A stretch of DNA of 64,000 bases from Longimicrobiales bacterium (GTDB lineage: Bacteria > Gemmatimonadota > Gemmatimonadetes > Longimicrobiales > Gaopeijiaceae), in assembly GCA_965116905.1 (NCBI GenBank), contig OZ220732.1, forward strand, positions 928,001 to 992,000, read 5' to 3'. Numbering within the stretch: position 1 is the stretch's first letter; every line of letters starts with the position of its first letter. The translations under genes were made by a program, and so were the position numbers. Positions 8,709 through 19,097 of the stretch are shown piece after piece. The notes below the pieces were generated by a model. The model did not search any database. It saw only the letters and a list, made by a program, of their open reading frames with translations, and was not told where the DNA came from.

Positions 8709-10195
8709 GCGCCGGGGCCCCGACCGCCACGCCGGACACCGCCGGCAACGGCGCGACCGCCGCCGACCCCGTCTTCCTCGCCCAGCGCGAGTTCCACCCC
8801 TTCGAGGCGGCGGGCGAGACGTTCCTCTACCTGGTGCCGTCGGCCGCCGTCTTCTACCTCGACGAGCCGTCCGTCGCGGTCCTCCAGGCCCTCGACACGG
8901 GCGCCGCGAGCGAAGACGACCTGGTCACGGCGCTCGCCCCACGCTTCGGCGAACCCGCCGTGCGGCGCAGCCTGGCCGAGCTGGTGCGGGTGCAGGCGAT
9001 CGGCCTCACCACAACCCCGAAACAGACCTTCCCGCGGGTGCTGCCGCAGGCGGATTTCCCGCTCACCACGATGGTCCTCAACGTCACCAACAAGTGCAAC
9101 CTGGCGTGCACGTACTGCTACGAGTACGGCGAGGACAAGATCGTCGACACCACGTGCGACCCCGCGCCCAACTACATGAGCGAGGAGACCGCGCGGAAGA
9201 GCGTCGACTTCATGTTCGAGCAGTCGGGCGATCTGCCGGTCGCGCACCTCACCTTCTTCGGCGGCGAGACGCTGCTCAACTTCAAGGTGCTGCGGAACAC
9301 GGTGGCGTATGCGCGCGAGCGCGCCGTGGAGTTGGGGAAGGACGTCGATTTCTCGCTGACCACCAACGGCACGCTGCTGCGCGACAAGGTCATCGACTGG
9401 CTGGCCGAGAATCGGATCGGCGTCACGGTCAGCATCGACGGGCCGAAGGAGATGCAGGACAAGTTCCGCGTCTTCAAGAACGGCATGGGCAGCTACGACT
9501 ACGCCCTGCCGAAGATCAAGCGCCTGCTGGAGCGCCACCGTACGCGTCCGATCGGCGCCCGGGTGACGCTCACCCGCCAGACGCTCGACGTGCCGCGCAT
9601 CTTCCACCATCTGCGCGACGAGGTGGGGTTCTGGGAGGTGGGGTTCGCTCCCGTGACGACCGCCGACGGGCGGGGTTACGCGATTCAGGACGCCGGCTTC
9701 GACCGCATGCTGGGCCAGTTCGAGGAGCTGGCGCAGGAGTTCCTCGAGTTCGCGGTCGACGACCGGCACCACGGGTTCTCGAACGTCAAGGACACGATCG
9801 AGGAGATCCACAAGGGCGTCAGCAAGGCCTTCCCCTGCGGCGCCGGGCTGGGGCTGATGGGCGTGGCCACCGACGGCGACGTCGCGCTCTGCCACCGGTT
9901 CGCGGGATCGGACGACCACAGCATCGGGTCGGTGCACACCGGACTCGACCGCAAGCGCCAGTTCGAGTTCCTCGGACACCATCACGTGGCCAACAAGACG
10001 GACTGCAACACCTGCTGGGCGCGGCCGCTGTGCGCCGGCGGCTGCTATCACGAGGCGCACGTGCGCTACGGCGACACGGGCGTGGCGAACCTGCACTACT
10101 GCGACTGGATCCGGAGCTGGACCAACACCTGCCTGGAGGTCTACGGCGAGATCGCGGTCAAGAACCCGGGGTACCTGGAGCAGTTCGAATCATGA
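8705..10195 (+). CDS. qhpD: Radical SAM/SPASM thioether-forming maturase
   Basis: CNLACTYC, FFGGE, SPASM Cys (CGAG, CHRF, CNTC..C.GGC); N-terminal RRE-like region; ATGA overlap with qhpA. Confidence 0.95.
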   Translation: MSAGAPTATPDTAGNGATAADPVFLAQREFHPFEAAGETFLYLVPSAAVFYLDEPSVAVLQALDTGAASEDDLVTALAPRFGEPAVRRSLAELVRVQAIGLTTTPKQTFPRVLPQADFPLTTMVLNVTNKCNLACTYCYEYGEDKIVDTTCDPAPNYMSEETARKSVDFMFEQSGDLPVAHLTFFGGETLLNFKVLRNTVAYARERAVELGKDVDFSLTTNGTLLRDKVIDWLAENRIGVTVSIDGPKEMQDKFRVFKNGMGSYDYALPKIKRLLERHRTRPIGARVTLTRQTLDVPRIFHHLRDEVGFWEVGFAPVTTADGRGYAIQDAGFDRMLGQFEELAQEFLEFAVDDRHHGFSNVKDTIEEIHKGVSKAFPCGAGLGLMGVATDGDVALCHRFAGSDDHSIGSVHTGLDRKRQFEFLGHHHVANKTDCNTCWARPLCAGGCYHEAHVRYGDTGVANLHYCDWIRSWTNTCLEVYGEIAVKNPGYLEQFES

Positions 10196-10211
10196 GGAAG
10201 GAGGCGGACAA

Positions 10212-10631
10212 GTGGACCACCTGAAAGCCATCAACCAGAAGGCGCGGCGGATCCAGGAGCATGTGGCGGCGCCGAACGGCGGGTCGGCCCCGGGGAGCGC
10301 TCCAGTGGCCGCGAACGGCGGCCCCGCCGACGCGCCGGCCAGCCCCGCCACCAGCGGCGACGGCGACCTCGACGTCGTCGGCCTGGAAAGCCGCGAGGGG
10401 CCGAACATCCCGCTGGGGTGCTCGCTCGTGTTCGCTCCCGGGTGGGAGGTGGACTCCACCGGGGGGACCGCCGGACTCTGTCAGCCCGTCGAACGCGACC
10501 TCTTCGATTGCCACCTGGCCTGCTTCTGGCCCGCCCACGTCCCGGACCAGCTCAACCACGCGCCGGACTGGACCGGCAAGTGTGCCGCTGCGCAGAAGGA
10601 CTGGCGCAAGATCGACCTGATCTTCCCGTGA
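10212..10631 (+). CDS. qhpC: QHNDH gamma subunit precursor (CTQ cofactor peptide)
   Basis: Leader MDHLKAINQKARR; core GCSLVFAPGWEVD..LCQPVERDLFDCHLACFWPAHVPD..DWRK. Confidence 0.95.
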   Translation: MDHLKAINQKARRIQEHVAAPNGGSAPGSAPVAANGGPADAPASPATSGDGDLDVVGLESREGPNIPLGCSLVFAPGWEVDSTGGTAGLCQPVERDLFDCHLACFWPAHVPDQLNHAPDWTGKCAAAQKDWRKIDLIFP

Positions 10632-11737
10632 TGCGCCCGGGTCTGCTGCTTCTGACCGCCGGGCTTGTCGCCCTCTCGGGTGGCCTCGGCTCCAGCCCCG
10701 CCCACGCCCAGGGCGGCGGCAACGGCGTCATCTACATGGCGGCGTACGACCATTCGATCAAGGTCATCGACGAGAATTCGCTCGAGATCGTGGACGAGTT
10801 CGAGACTTCGATCGGGATCCCGATCGGGCTGACGCTGTCCGCCAACCACGAGCGCATCTACGTGCGCGACGCCGAGTTCGAGGAGATCGAGATCTTCGAC
10901 GTGGCCACCCGCCAGTCGCTCGACAGCTTTACCCTGAGCCGCGGGGACCGGAAGGTGCGGATCTGGGGGATGGAGGTCGATCCGGCCGAGGAGTTCGTCG
11001 TCCTCAACACCATGCGGTACACGAAGCGCATCGACCGGTGGGAGATCGACGAGGCGGTGCTGCTCAAGTACGACCTGGAGGAGAAGCAGGTCACCGACAC
11101 GATTCCCTGGCCGGAGGGTGAAGGCGGTCGCAGAGCGCGCCTCATGTTCTCGCCGGAGGGGGAATACCTGTACTTCTTCAGCCGGGGCAGCATCATCGTC
11201 CTCGAGACCGAGGGATTCACGGAAGTGGACCGCTGGGACCTCTCGCGTCCGCTCGAAGAGGGACTGGGCCGCTTCAGCTTCGGGTTCCCCACGAGCCTCC
11301 ACGATGAACGGGGATTCCACACCGGCCTCTTCAACTTCACCGACCCCGTGCAGAACCGCCGCATGATGGGGATCGCGCGCGTCAACCTGGCGGAGCGTGA
11401 CGTCGACTTCTTCACCCTGGGGCCGAGCTCTCCGGTCAGCTTCCGCCTCGCGCCCGGCGGCAACAAGGGCTACGGCCTGGTGCAGCAGATCGGGAACTAC
11501 GAGTTCTGGACCTTCGACCTGGAAGGGCGGCGCGTCGAGAACCGCCAGCGCTTCGCGGGACGACCGCGCATGGGCCTGGAGGTCAGTTCCAACGGCGAGT
11601 TGCTGTACATCTACAACGCCGGCGCGACGATCGACGTCTACGACGCCGACACCTACGAGTTCATCCGGACCGTGACCTTCGACGCGGATATGACAAGCTT
11701 TGTCATGATTCCGGAGGGGACGGGGCGGGCGGGGTAG
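10631..11737 (+). CDS. qhpB: QHNDH beta subunit (beta-propeller)
   Basis: Signal peptide ending AHA-Q, YVTN-like repeats, canonical position after qhpC. Confidence 0.85.
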   Translation: MRPGLLLLTAGLVALSGGLGSSPAHAQGGGNGVIYMAAYDHSIKVIDENSLEIVDEFETSIGIPIGLTLSANHERIYVRDAEFEEIEIFDVATRQSLDSFTLSRGDRKVRIWGMEVDPAEEFVVLNTMRYTKRIDRWEIDEAVLLKYDLEEKQVTDTIPWPEGEGGRRARLMFSPEGEYLYFFSRGSIIVLETEGFTEVDRWDLSRPLEEGLGRFSFGFPTSLHDERGFHTGLFNFTDPVQNRRMMGIARVNLAERDVDFFTLGPSSPVSFRLAPGGNKGYGLVQQIGNYEFWTFDLEGRRVENRQRFAGRPRMGLEVSSNGELLYIYNAGATIDVYDADTYEFIRTVTFDADMTSFVMIPEGTGRAG

Positions 11738-11768
11738 GGGGCCGGGCGTCGGCCGGAGGCGCGCTAGA

Positions 11769-13418
11769 ATGGCCATCCTGGACCCCGAACTCCGCCGCGG
11801 CCTCGCCTACGTCCTCCCCTACCGAGGCCGGCTTGCCGTCATCCTTGGTCTCAACCTCGCCGGGACCGCGCTCGCCCTCTATGTACCGTACCTGACCCGC
11901 ACCCTGGTCGACGATGCGCTCCTGGGCGGCGATCTCGACGCTCTCATCCGTGTGGTCGGGCTCTTCCTCGCCGTCACCGCCGCCAGCTTCGGCCTGAACG
12001 TGGCCAGCGGGCTTCGGTACACGAAGGTTTCAGCTGAAATCCTCTTCGACATGCGGCTCGCGGTCTACCGGCACCTGCAGCGACTGTCGCCGCGCTTCTT
12101 CGCGCGCACTCCGCTCGGCGAGATCATGTCGCGGATCAACAACGACGTGGGCGAGATCCAGCGCGTGCTCGCGGACACGGCGCTGGCGTGGGTGGGGAAC
12201 GTGGCGTTTCTGGTGGGGACGGTCGGCATGCTCCTGTGGCTGGACTGGCGGCTGTTCCTGGCGGCCGCGGTGCTGCTGCCCCCCGCGATCTGGGCGCTGG
12301 TGCGGTACCGGCGGCGGCTCGAGGTGCGCGTCCGCGTCATGCGAGAGCGTAGCGCCGACATCGGCACCTTCCTGATCGAGACCCTGCGCGGCGTACGCCT
12401 GGTCGCGGCTTCGAACGCGGCCGAACGCGAGGCGGTCCGATTCCGCGAGCGCAACGACTCGTTCGTGGACTCGCTGATGAAGATGCAGCGCCTGCGCTAC
12501 CTGGCGGGTGGACTGCCGGGACTGCTGCTGTCGGCGAGCACGGCGGTAGTGTTCCTCTACGGCGGGTCGCGCGTGATCGGCGGCGTGATCACGCTGGGCA
12601 CGTTCACAGCGTTCATGGCGTACCAGATGCGCCTGATCGGGCCGGTGCAGGGCCTCATGGGGCTGTACACGGGGATCGCGACCGCGCGGGTCTCGCTGCG
12701 CCGCGTGCACGAGCTGCTCGACGAGCCGATCGAGGTGGCCGACGCCGAATCGCCGGCCGCGCTGGGTCCCGTGCGCGGGGAGCTGGTCTTCGAGGACGTG
12801 TCGTGCGGGCACGGCCGTGGCGGGGCGGTGCTGGAGGGGTTCGGGATGACCGTCGCGCCGGGCGAGGTGGTGGCTCTGGTGGGTCCTTCAGGGGGAGGCA
12901 AGTCGACGGTGGCCGACCTTATTGTCCGCCATCTCGACCCCGATTCCGGGCGTGTCCTGCTGGACGGGCGAGATGTTCGGGACATCGGCCTGGCGGAGTT
13001 GCGTGCAAATGTCGCGCTGGTCGACCAGACCGCGTTCGTCTTCAACACCTCGATCCTGGAAAACGTGCGGTACGCGCGGCCGGACGCCGACGAGGCCGCG
13101 GTGATGCAGGCCGTCGAGCGCGCGGGGCTGGGCGACTTCGTGGCGGGCCTCCCCGACGGCCTCGGCACGGTGGTGGGCGAGGAAGGCCGGCAGCTTTCCG
13201 CGGGGGAACGGCAGCGCGTGGCGATCGCGCGGGCCCTGCTGGCCGATCCGGCCGTGCTGGTGCTGGACGAGGCGACGAGCGCGCTGGACATGGAAGCCCA
13301 GGCGCACGTGGTGGGCGCGTATCGCGAAGTCATGAGGGGGCGGACGACCGTGTTGATCACGCACCGGGAAGAGATGCTGCGGGGGGTGGATCGGGTGGTG
13401 GAGGTGGGGCGTGGGTAG
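11769..13418 (+). CDS. qhpF: ABC exporter, fused TMD-NBD (QhpF-like)
   Basis: TM domain plus GPSGGGKS, LSAGERQR, LDEATS; follows qhpB. Confidence 0.8.
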   Translation: MAILDPELRRGLAYVLPYRGRLAVILGLNLAGTALALYVPYLTRTLVDDALLGGDLDALIRVVGLFLAVTAASFGLNVASGLRYTKVSAEILFDMRLAVYRHLQRLSPRFFARTPLGEIMSRINNDVGEIQRVLADTALAWVGNVAFLVGTVGMLLWLDWRLFLAAAVLLPPAIWALVRYRRRLEVRVRVMRERSADIGTFLIETLRGVRLVAASNAAEREAVRFRERNDSFVDSLMKMQRLRYLAGGLPGLLLSASTAVVFLYGGSRVIGGVITLGTFTAFMAYQMRLIGPVQGLMGLYTGIATARVSLRRVHELLDEPIEVADAESPAALGPVRGELVFEDVSCGHGRGGAVLEGFGMTVAPGEVVALVGPSGGGKSTVADLIVRHLDPDSGRVLLDGRDVRDIGLAELRANVALVDQTAFVFNTSILENVRYARPDADEAAVMQAVERAGLGDFVAGLPDGLGTVVGEEGRQLSAGERQRVAIARALLADPAVLVLDEATSALDMEAQAHVVGAYREVMRGRTTVLITHREEMLRGVDRVVEVGRG

Positions 13419-13426
13419 GATGCCCT

Positions 13427-13443
13427 TGATTGCACTGCAATCA
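13427..13443. promoter_or_regulatory. Perfect palindrome TGATTGCA-C-TGCAATCA, putative FitA-like operator
   Basis: 8-bp arms upstream of the RHH antitoxin; half-site resembles Neisseria fitIR TGATAGCA. Confidence 0.65.
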
Positions 13444-13489
13444 TGCGGTAGCTTCTCCGCACGTTCCGCACCACGAGGAGGCACGGTCA

Positions 13490-13735
13490 ATGGCGAGTAT
13501 CACGATCCGCAACCTGGACGACGACGTAAAGACGCGCCTTCGCGTACGCGCCGCCGAGCATCACCGTTCGATGGAGGAGGAAGCGCGTATCATCCTGCGC
13601 GACGCCGTAACTGACCGGCACGCTGATCCACACAATCTCGCGACGTTCACGCGGCAGTGCTTCGCGTCTCTTGGCGGCATCCAACTCGAACTTCCGCCGC
13701 GCGGCCCCATGCGCGAGCCTCCAGATTTCTCCTGA
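13490..13735 (+). CDS. FitA-like ribbon-helix-helix antitoxin
   Basis: MASITIRNLDDDVKTRLRVRAAEHHRSMEEEAR; GAGGAG RBS. Confidence 0.9.
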   Translation: MASITIRNLDDDVKTRLRVRAAEHHRSMEEEARIILRDAVTDRHADPHNLATFTRQCFASLGGIQLELPPRGPMREPPDFS

Positions 13736-13743
13736 GCGGCTTC

Positions 13744-14175
13744 ATGTTCATCATCGATACGAATGTCGCGTCCGAACTCATGCGTCCCGAACCGACGGCC
13801 GCGGTAGCGGCATGGATCGGTGAGCGCGATGCGCGGGACATGTACCTGACGGCCGTGAGCGAAGCGGAACTCCTTTACGGCGTCGCGATCATGCCGACCG
13901 GCAAGCGGCGGAGCGCGCTGGAGGCTGCCATGACACGGTGGCTGAGTCTCGGCTTCAGAGAACGGATTCTTCCGTTCGACAGCGCGGCGGCCCGAGCGTA
14001 CGCGGAGATCGCTGCCGAGCGGCGTCACGCTGGCCGGCCAATCGGCGAGGCCGACTGCCAGATCGCCGCGATATCCCGCGCACGTGGAGCCACTCTGGTC
14101 ACGCGTAATGTACGAGACTTCGAGCGTACGGGACTGAATGTGATCGATCCTTGGGCGGGGGTCGGTCCATCCTGA
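13744..14175 (+). CDS. vapC: FitB/VapC PIN toxin
   Basis: IIDTNVASE, ADCQIAAI, TRNVRDF. Confidence 0.92.
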   Translation: MFIIDTNVASELMRPEPTAAVAAWIGERDARDMYLTAVSEAELLYGVAIMPTGKRRSALEAAMTRWLSLGFRERILPFDSAAARAYAEIAAERRHAGRPIGEADCQIAAISRARGATLVTRNVRDFERTGLNVIDPWAGVGPS

Positions 14176-14246
14176 CGACCGCGGCCGCCGACCGTGAACG
14201 CGTGAGCCCGTGGCGCAACAACGTGCCCGACCCGTGGGACCGCAGC

Positions 14247-15344
14247 ATGCGGGCCGACGCGCTTGGTACGCGCGCCCGGAGTCTGCGCAATGTGCTGGCG
14301 GTCCCGTTCCTGGTCGCGGCCTTCGGAATCTGGGCGGGTTGCGACGGCGGCACCGACACCGACTCCACCATCACACCTGTCGCGATGCCCTTTGCTGACA
14401 AGTTCCGGCTTGAGCAGGTGATCACGCCGGAGCAAAGCATGGAGTCGCCCATCGTCAGGATTTCGGGGGCTTCCTGGAACGGTGATCGCTTCGCCATCGC
14501 CGACGTTTCGGAGGCGAATGCCAAGCTGTTCAGCATTGATGGGTCGTTGCTTGCCACGGTGGGACGAAGCGGCGAGGGCCCGGGCGAGTTCATGGCCGCT
14601 CGCTATCCGGTCCTCGCGGACGGGCGTCTGTTCGTGGCCGATGGGGCACTGGGCCGGGTGTCAGTCTGGACGGAGAGCGGAGAACTGGAGCGGGAGATCC
14701 AGGTTGGAGCGGGGTTCATCTCGGATTTCGCCTTGCTGCCGGATGGCCGGCTCGTGTTCACCGGCAGCGGCTTCGGCACGCCGGGCGCGGCGATGGGCGT
14801 GTTCGCGGACGACGGCACCGCGGTGGCTCAGGGGCTTTTCACCACGACGGTTCTCCCTGCGGATGCCGATCCCGAGGCCCCGTGGGCCAACGTGCGGCAG
14901 ACGTCTTTCGCCGTTGCCAACGACACCGCCTGGGCCGTGTCGACGATTTCGGACAGTCTCTGGGCCGTCCCTCTGACCGCCGACACGCTGTGGGCCGAGG
15001 CCTACCGACTTGCCATCCCCGGTTACGTGGCACCGGCCGCGCCCGAAGAACCCCTGCGCTCGCTGCAGGACCTGAGCGCCTGGGGCAGGAGTTTCCACGG
15101 TGCGGCCCCGCCGGCCGCAAGCTCCGAACTACTGGTCTTTCCGTTTGTTCAGGGCGTGCTGAACAACGGCGACCCCACGATCCTGCTCATGAGAGATGGG
15201 GAAGGAGACTGGTACGCGCTCAGTGATCCTCCCCCGGTCATCGCGGCGTTCGCCGATCGGCTCCTGGCAATCCACAATCCCCTGGAAGACCCCGTGGAGC
15301 TGGCTGTGTACGAGGTGCGGAGCGCGGGTGGAACAGGACGATGA
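14247..15344 (+). CDS. 6-bladed beta-propeller (NHL-like) lipoprotein
   Basis: Lipobox-like [14 protein letters not shown] motif; start uncertain. Confidence 0.75.
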   Translation: MRADALGTRARSLRNVLAVPFLVAAFGIWAGCDGGTDTDSTITPVAMPFADKFRLEQVITPEQSMESPIVRISGASWNGDRFAIADVSEANAKLFSIDGSLLATVGRSGEGPGEFMAARYPVLADGRLFVADGALGRVSVWTESGELEREIQVGAGFISDFALLPDGRLVFTGSGFGTPGAAMGVFADDGTAVAQGLFTTTVLPADADPEAPWANVRQTSFAVANDTAWAVSTISDSLWAVPLTADTLWAEAYRLAIPGYVAPAAPEEPLRSLQDLSAWGRSFHGAAPPAASSELLVFPFVQGVLNNGDPTILLMRDGEGDWYALSDPPPVIAAFADRLLAIHNPLEDPVELAVYEVRSAGGTGR

Positions 15345-16495
15345 GATCCCCCAAGGCGCCCCTTGCTGCGTTTGCCGCGTTCGCGGCCGCCCTCGTGAGT
15401 TGCCAGGAAACGCCCTCAGGCCCGGGAATCCAGGTGGACACCCTGCCGGGCGGACGGGTCGTCGTCTCCAACCCGGACGCACATTTGGTGGCCGGTGGCC
15501 CGCCGCTGCGGCTTGTCGAAGAGCTTCGCATAGGCTCGGTCGACGGGAGTTGCGATGCCTTTGGCTCGGTGGTTTCGATGACCGAAGACGAAAGCGGCAG
15601 GATCTACGTCGCCGACTTCCGCAATGCCGAGATCACGATCTTCACGCCGACCGGCGAATGCCTGCGGAGCTTCGGTGGCAAGGGCGAGGGGCCCGGAGAG
15701 TTCGCCATGCTCTCGGGGATCGCGTGGCAGCCTCCCGGATTCCTCTGGGCCAAGGACCCGCTCAACGATCGGTTGACCGTTTTCGATTCGGCAGGGGCAG
15801 TGCTGGCAACCCACACGCTTGAACCGTCGTTGAGCGCCTCGATCCCATGGCGAGGATGGGTGGACCGGCAGGGACGCCTGCACGATTTCGTGTTGAGCCG
15901 CGACGTCCACGTCAGGTACGGTACCGGCCCTGATCTAGTGGTGTTGGATACGTTCCCGGTTCCCGAGACGCCAATGCCGGAACCCCCAACGTACACGCAA
16001 ACATCGGGCAGCATCGCAATGATGTCCCGTCTGCCCCACTCACCGGACAGTCGATGGGCTGCGAATCATGATGGGAACATCTGGAGGGCACGCACCGACG
16101 TATTCGAGTTGCACGAAACGACGTACGACGGCGACACCCTGCGCACCGTGCGCCTTGGCCGTCGCCCGGAAAGGCTGGAAGGGAGGGAGAGGGACAGTAT
16201 TGCCGACGTGACAGGAGTGCGCGCCAGCAGGCTTCCCGAAACGAAAGAGGTCCTCGGGGGAATCTACGCTGGTGCCGACGGGTGGACGTGGGTCAGCCGG
16301 GTCAGCGTTGACAGGGGACCGGTCGAGGTGTTCGATGTGTTTGATGACGGAGGGCGATACCTCGGTCCCGTGTCCTCAGCGGTCGCGATCGACCTCGGAA
16401 CCAAGCCGGTGTTCGGCCGGGGTACCGTGCTTGCCGTAACCGAGGATGAACTTGGCGTGCAATACATCGTTCGATTGCGGATCGAGCAGGGGTGA
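15341..16495 (+). CDS. 6-bladed beta-propeller (NHL-like) lipoprotein
   Basis: LVSC lipobox, EELRIG, GGKGEGPGEF, C-terminal TEDELGVQYIVRL. Confidence 0.85.
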   Translation: MRSPKAPLAAFAAFAAALVSCQETPSGPGIQVDTLPGGRVVVSNPDAHLVAGGPPLRLVEELRIGSVDGSCDAFGSVVSMTEDESGRIYVADFRNAEITIFTPTGECLRSFGGKGEGPGEFAMLSGIAWQPPGFLWAKDPLNDRLTVFDSAGAVLATHTLEPSLSASIPWRGWVDRQGRLHDFVLSRDVHVRYGTGPDLVVLDTFPVPETPMPEPPTYTQTSGSIAMMSRLPHSPDSRWAANHDGNIWRARTDVFELHETTYDGDTLRTVRLGRRPERLEGRERDSIADVTGVRASRLPETKEVLGGIYAGADGWTWVSRVSVDRGPVEVFDVFDDGGRYLGPVSSAVAIDLGTKPVFGRGTVLAVTEDELGVQYIVRLRIEQG

Positions 16496-16500
16496 AACCG

Positions 16501-16959
16501 TCACCCCTTTGGCAGCGAGCCCGACTCCTCGCCGGAGCCCAACGCGCGCCCGGCCTTGCGGGCGACCAGCAGGCTGGCCACGCCGCCTCCGGCGCCGAGG
16601 AGTGGCAGAATGCTGAACGGGACGATGGCGCCCCCGTTGGGCCAGTCCCCCCAACTGCCGCCCACAACGAGTCCTGCCAGCAGGAGGCCGCCCAGCACGC
16701 CCACCGATGCGACTCGTGAGTAGGAAAGCTCGTCCAACGAGCGGCCGCGCGCCTCGATCGCCAACATGGCCGAGAAGCTCGTACCGATCCCGACGCCCCA
16801 CACGGTCCCCGCAATGATCATGAACCCCAGCTCATCCTCGGCACCGGGAAAGAACACCTTGCTGGCCAAAGCGACCAGTGAGAAGAACCCCGCGCCGACA
16901 GCGCCGAAGGTCAGCCCCATGCCGAGGACACCACGAACGACTTTCTTCCAACGCGACAC
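16501..16959 (-). CDS. Hypothetical 4-TM membrane protein
   Basis: Four Gly-rich hydrophobic segments; AGGAGG before GTG 16959. Confidence 0.7.
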   Translation of the reverse strand: MSRWKKVVRGVLGMGLTFGAVGAGFFSLVALASKVFFPGAEDELGFMIIAGTVWGVGIGTSFSAMLAIEARGRSLDELSYSRVASVGVLGGLLLAGLVVGGSWGDWPNGGAIVPFSILPLLGAGGGVASLLVARKAGRALGSGEESGSLPKG

Positions 16960-17358
16960 GGCGGCCTCCTGCTTGCAGTGATCTGGTGCCATGGAGGATA
17001 CCTGAGATAGGGTCGGGCGTCCAAGCGGTTGCCAGCGCGGTAAGGCCCAGGGCAGCGGCAGATTCAGGCAGCACCTAAGGCGGTGACACTCGCCGAATTG
17101 ACGCCACCCGTGCGGGACGGCTGCGAGGCGAGAAAGCGCAGCAGTTTCCCGCAGGTCCGCTTCTTCAGTGGCCGCCGACCGGACCCCGCAGCCCGGTGCA
17201 CCTGAGAGCTGCGTTGCACGTTTTCCCGACTGGGACTGTTAACTCTATCGCACAGGGGAGGTGCGGACGCTGGAAGCTCTCTTCCGAGCCTCAGTTTCCC
17301 GTAGATCCCTGACTCGGGGGAAACGCCCTCGTAGACACTCACAAGAGGAGGAAGCATC

Positions 17359-17640
17359 ATGACGTACCGCCAGTTGTTCTCGCTTTTGCCGGACTTTCCG
17401 AAGCCGCTGAGGGTCGGAGTGTCACTCCTTGCCGTCCTTGCGACGGCGGCGGGAGCTGGTACCCTCGCGACATCCCCGGCTGCGGCTGCAGTCGGTTCAC
17501 CCTTCTTGGATTGCACGTCAGAACAGGTGGACATAGGGTTTGAGGTCATCGGTCGAGAGTGCGGTGGTCCGGGTGTGGGCATCATCCATTGTCACTCGAG
17601 CGGTAGCGTGATCGTCGAGGATGTCCATTGCCTTGCATGA
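17359..17640 (+). CDS. Small secreted 4-Cys peptide (paralog 1)
   Basis: Strong RBS GAGGAGG, hydrophobic leader ending PAAA, core C-x15-C-x9-C-x12-C. Confidence 0.8.
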   Translation: MTYRQLFSLLPDFPKPLRVGVSLLAVLATAAGAGTLATSPAAAAVGSPFLDCTSEQVDIGFEVIGRECGGPGVGIIHCHSSGSVIVEDVHCLA

Positions 17641-17857
17641 GGCCTGTTCGGCCTGTCTTGCGTGAGAGCGACCGTTAGCCGCGGTCGCAGCTGCGTGGGA
17701 CAACCTGTGCCCGCTCCCGCTTCCGCAGCCTGTGTCCAAGCGGAAACCGCGCTGCGTGAAGTGGGAGCGGGAGCTTCATGCTCAGTAACGTGACTCCTGT
17801 CGCATCGGTCTGCCGGAGCAGCCCATTGCCATTGTATGGAAGGATGAGCGAAACACA

Positions 17858-18547
17858 GTGAATAGAGAAAAGACCTCTTCTGTCATCGCGAACCTCATGG
17901 TCATTGTGAGTGTTTGTTGCGCGGTTGTTATGACGACCGCCGTCTTACGGCGCGCGCCTGGCACTACGGAATCGATCCAACCGCGCGAGCCTGCGACCAC
18001 CGGTACTCAAGAGATCCAGGATTGGGCTGCACTCGCGTCAGGTGGTCACGATCTTGGACCAGAAGACGCGCCTGTGTGGATTGTCGTATTCTCGGACTTC
18101 CAATGTCCAGCATGTCGCGCTCTAGCTACACGGCTCCGCGCGCTCAATTCAACGCAGCCTGCTCTTGCTAGGGTCTTCTATCGACACTTCCCCCTGCCGT
18201 CGCACGTACATGCTGAGGAGGCAGCTTTGGCAAGCGAGTGCGCCGCAGCGCTAGGGCGCTTCCTGGCCTTTCACGATGTCCTGTTCTACGAGCAAGAGGT
18301 AATCGGCCACATGCCTTGGCAGTACTTTGGCGATCTCGCCAACCTAAACGACATTCCCGCATTCACGGAGTGTATCCGAGTGGGCGAGCCGATGACCCGT
18401 ATCGTAGACGATCGGCGAACAGGCGAACTCATGGGGATTGATCGTACGCCCACTTGGCTCATCAATGGTACCGTGGTTGTTGGAGTCCCATCGCTATCGC
18501 GCATTAAGGACTTGATCGCCCAGCATCGCACGGCGGATCCGCAATGA
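17858..18547 (+). CDS. DsbA-like thiol-disulfide oxidoreductase (Thioredoxin_4 type), membrane-anchored
   Basis: FSDFQCPAC, YRHFPL, RTPT cis-Pro loop. Confidence 0.88.
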   Translation: MNREKTSSVIANLMVIVSVCCAVVMTTAVLRRAPGTTESIQPREPATTGTQEIQDWAALASGGHDLGPEDAPVWIVVFSDFQCPACRALATRLRALNSTQPALARVFYRHFPLPSHVHAEEAALASECAAALGRFLAFHDVLFYEQEVIGHMPWQYFGDLANLNDIPAFTECIRVGEPMTRIVDDRRTGELMGIDRTPTWLINGTVVVGVPSLSRIKDLIAQHRTADPQ

Positions 18548-18602
18548 GGTGATATCGCGATGTCCGTCTGCAGTAACCCACAAGGAAGAAAGGCAAAACA
18601 AA

Positions 18603-19097
18603 ATGACTGATCGAAGAATCGTCGCGGTGCGGCGCCCCATGTTGTCGTGGGCTTACCTCGCTGTAACGCTGCTCTTAGTCGGCGCTGAGAACGCTTCTGC
18701 CCAACAGCAGATCAGCATTCCACGAAACCCAGCCAATGGGTACGTCGGCCTGAGCTACCGGCCAACGGACTTCACGGAAGCTGACGTACAGAAGCGTGCC
18801 CTTCCATTCGTAATCGCCGTGGTTCCTTGCTCGCCGGCCCATTTTGCTGGAGTAGAGCCTGGCGATGTCCTTCTTCGGGTAAACGACCAGGACTCGAGAG
18901 GCCGGGGGCTGTTTCGCGGGACCATTGGAACAGAGTATCAAGTGACCCTAAGACGTGCAGACGAACTGTACGACCTACGGTTTGTCCGCGTTGAGCTTCC
19001 GACACAAATGCCTGCGCCCGTGCGAACCTCTCCCATGGGATCGACGGAAGAATGGAATTGCAGTAGTTCTCAGTGGTTCGGGGCTGTGGAACAATGA
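18603..19097 (+). CDS. Secreted stand-alone PDZ-domain protein
   Basis: Signal peptide ending ASA-Q; GYVGL and SPAHFAGVEPGDVLLRVND PDZ signature. Confidence 0.8.
   Translation: MTDRRIVAVRRPMLSWAYLAVTLLLVGAENASAQQQISIPRNPANGYVGLSYRPTDFTEADVQKRALPFVIAVVPCSPAHFAGVEPGDVLLRVNDQDSRGRGLFRGTIGTEYQVTLRRADELYDLRFVRVELPTQMPAPVRTSPMGSTEEWNCSSSQWFGAVEQ

Noticed and set aside
8705..10631. Novel sactipeptide/ranthipeptide cluster
   Set aside because: The radical SAM enzyme and peptide are fully explained as QhpD and QhpC of the known QHNDH pathway.
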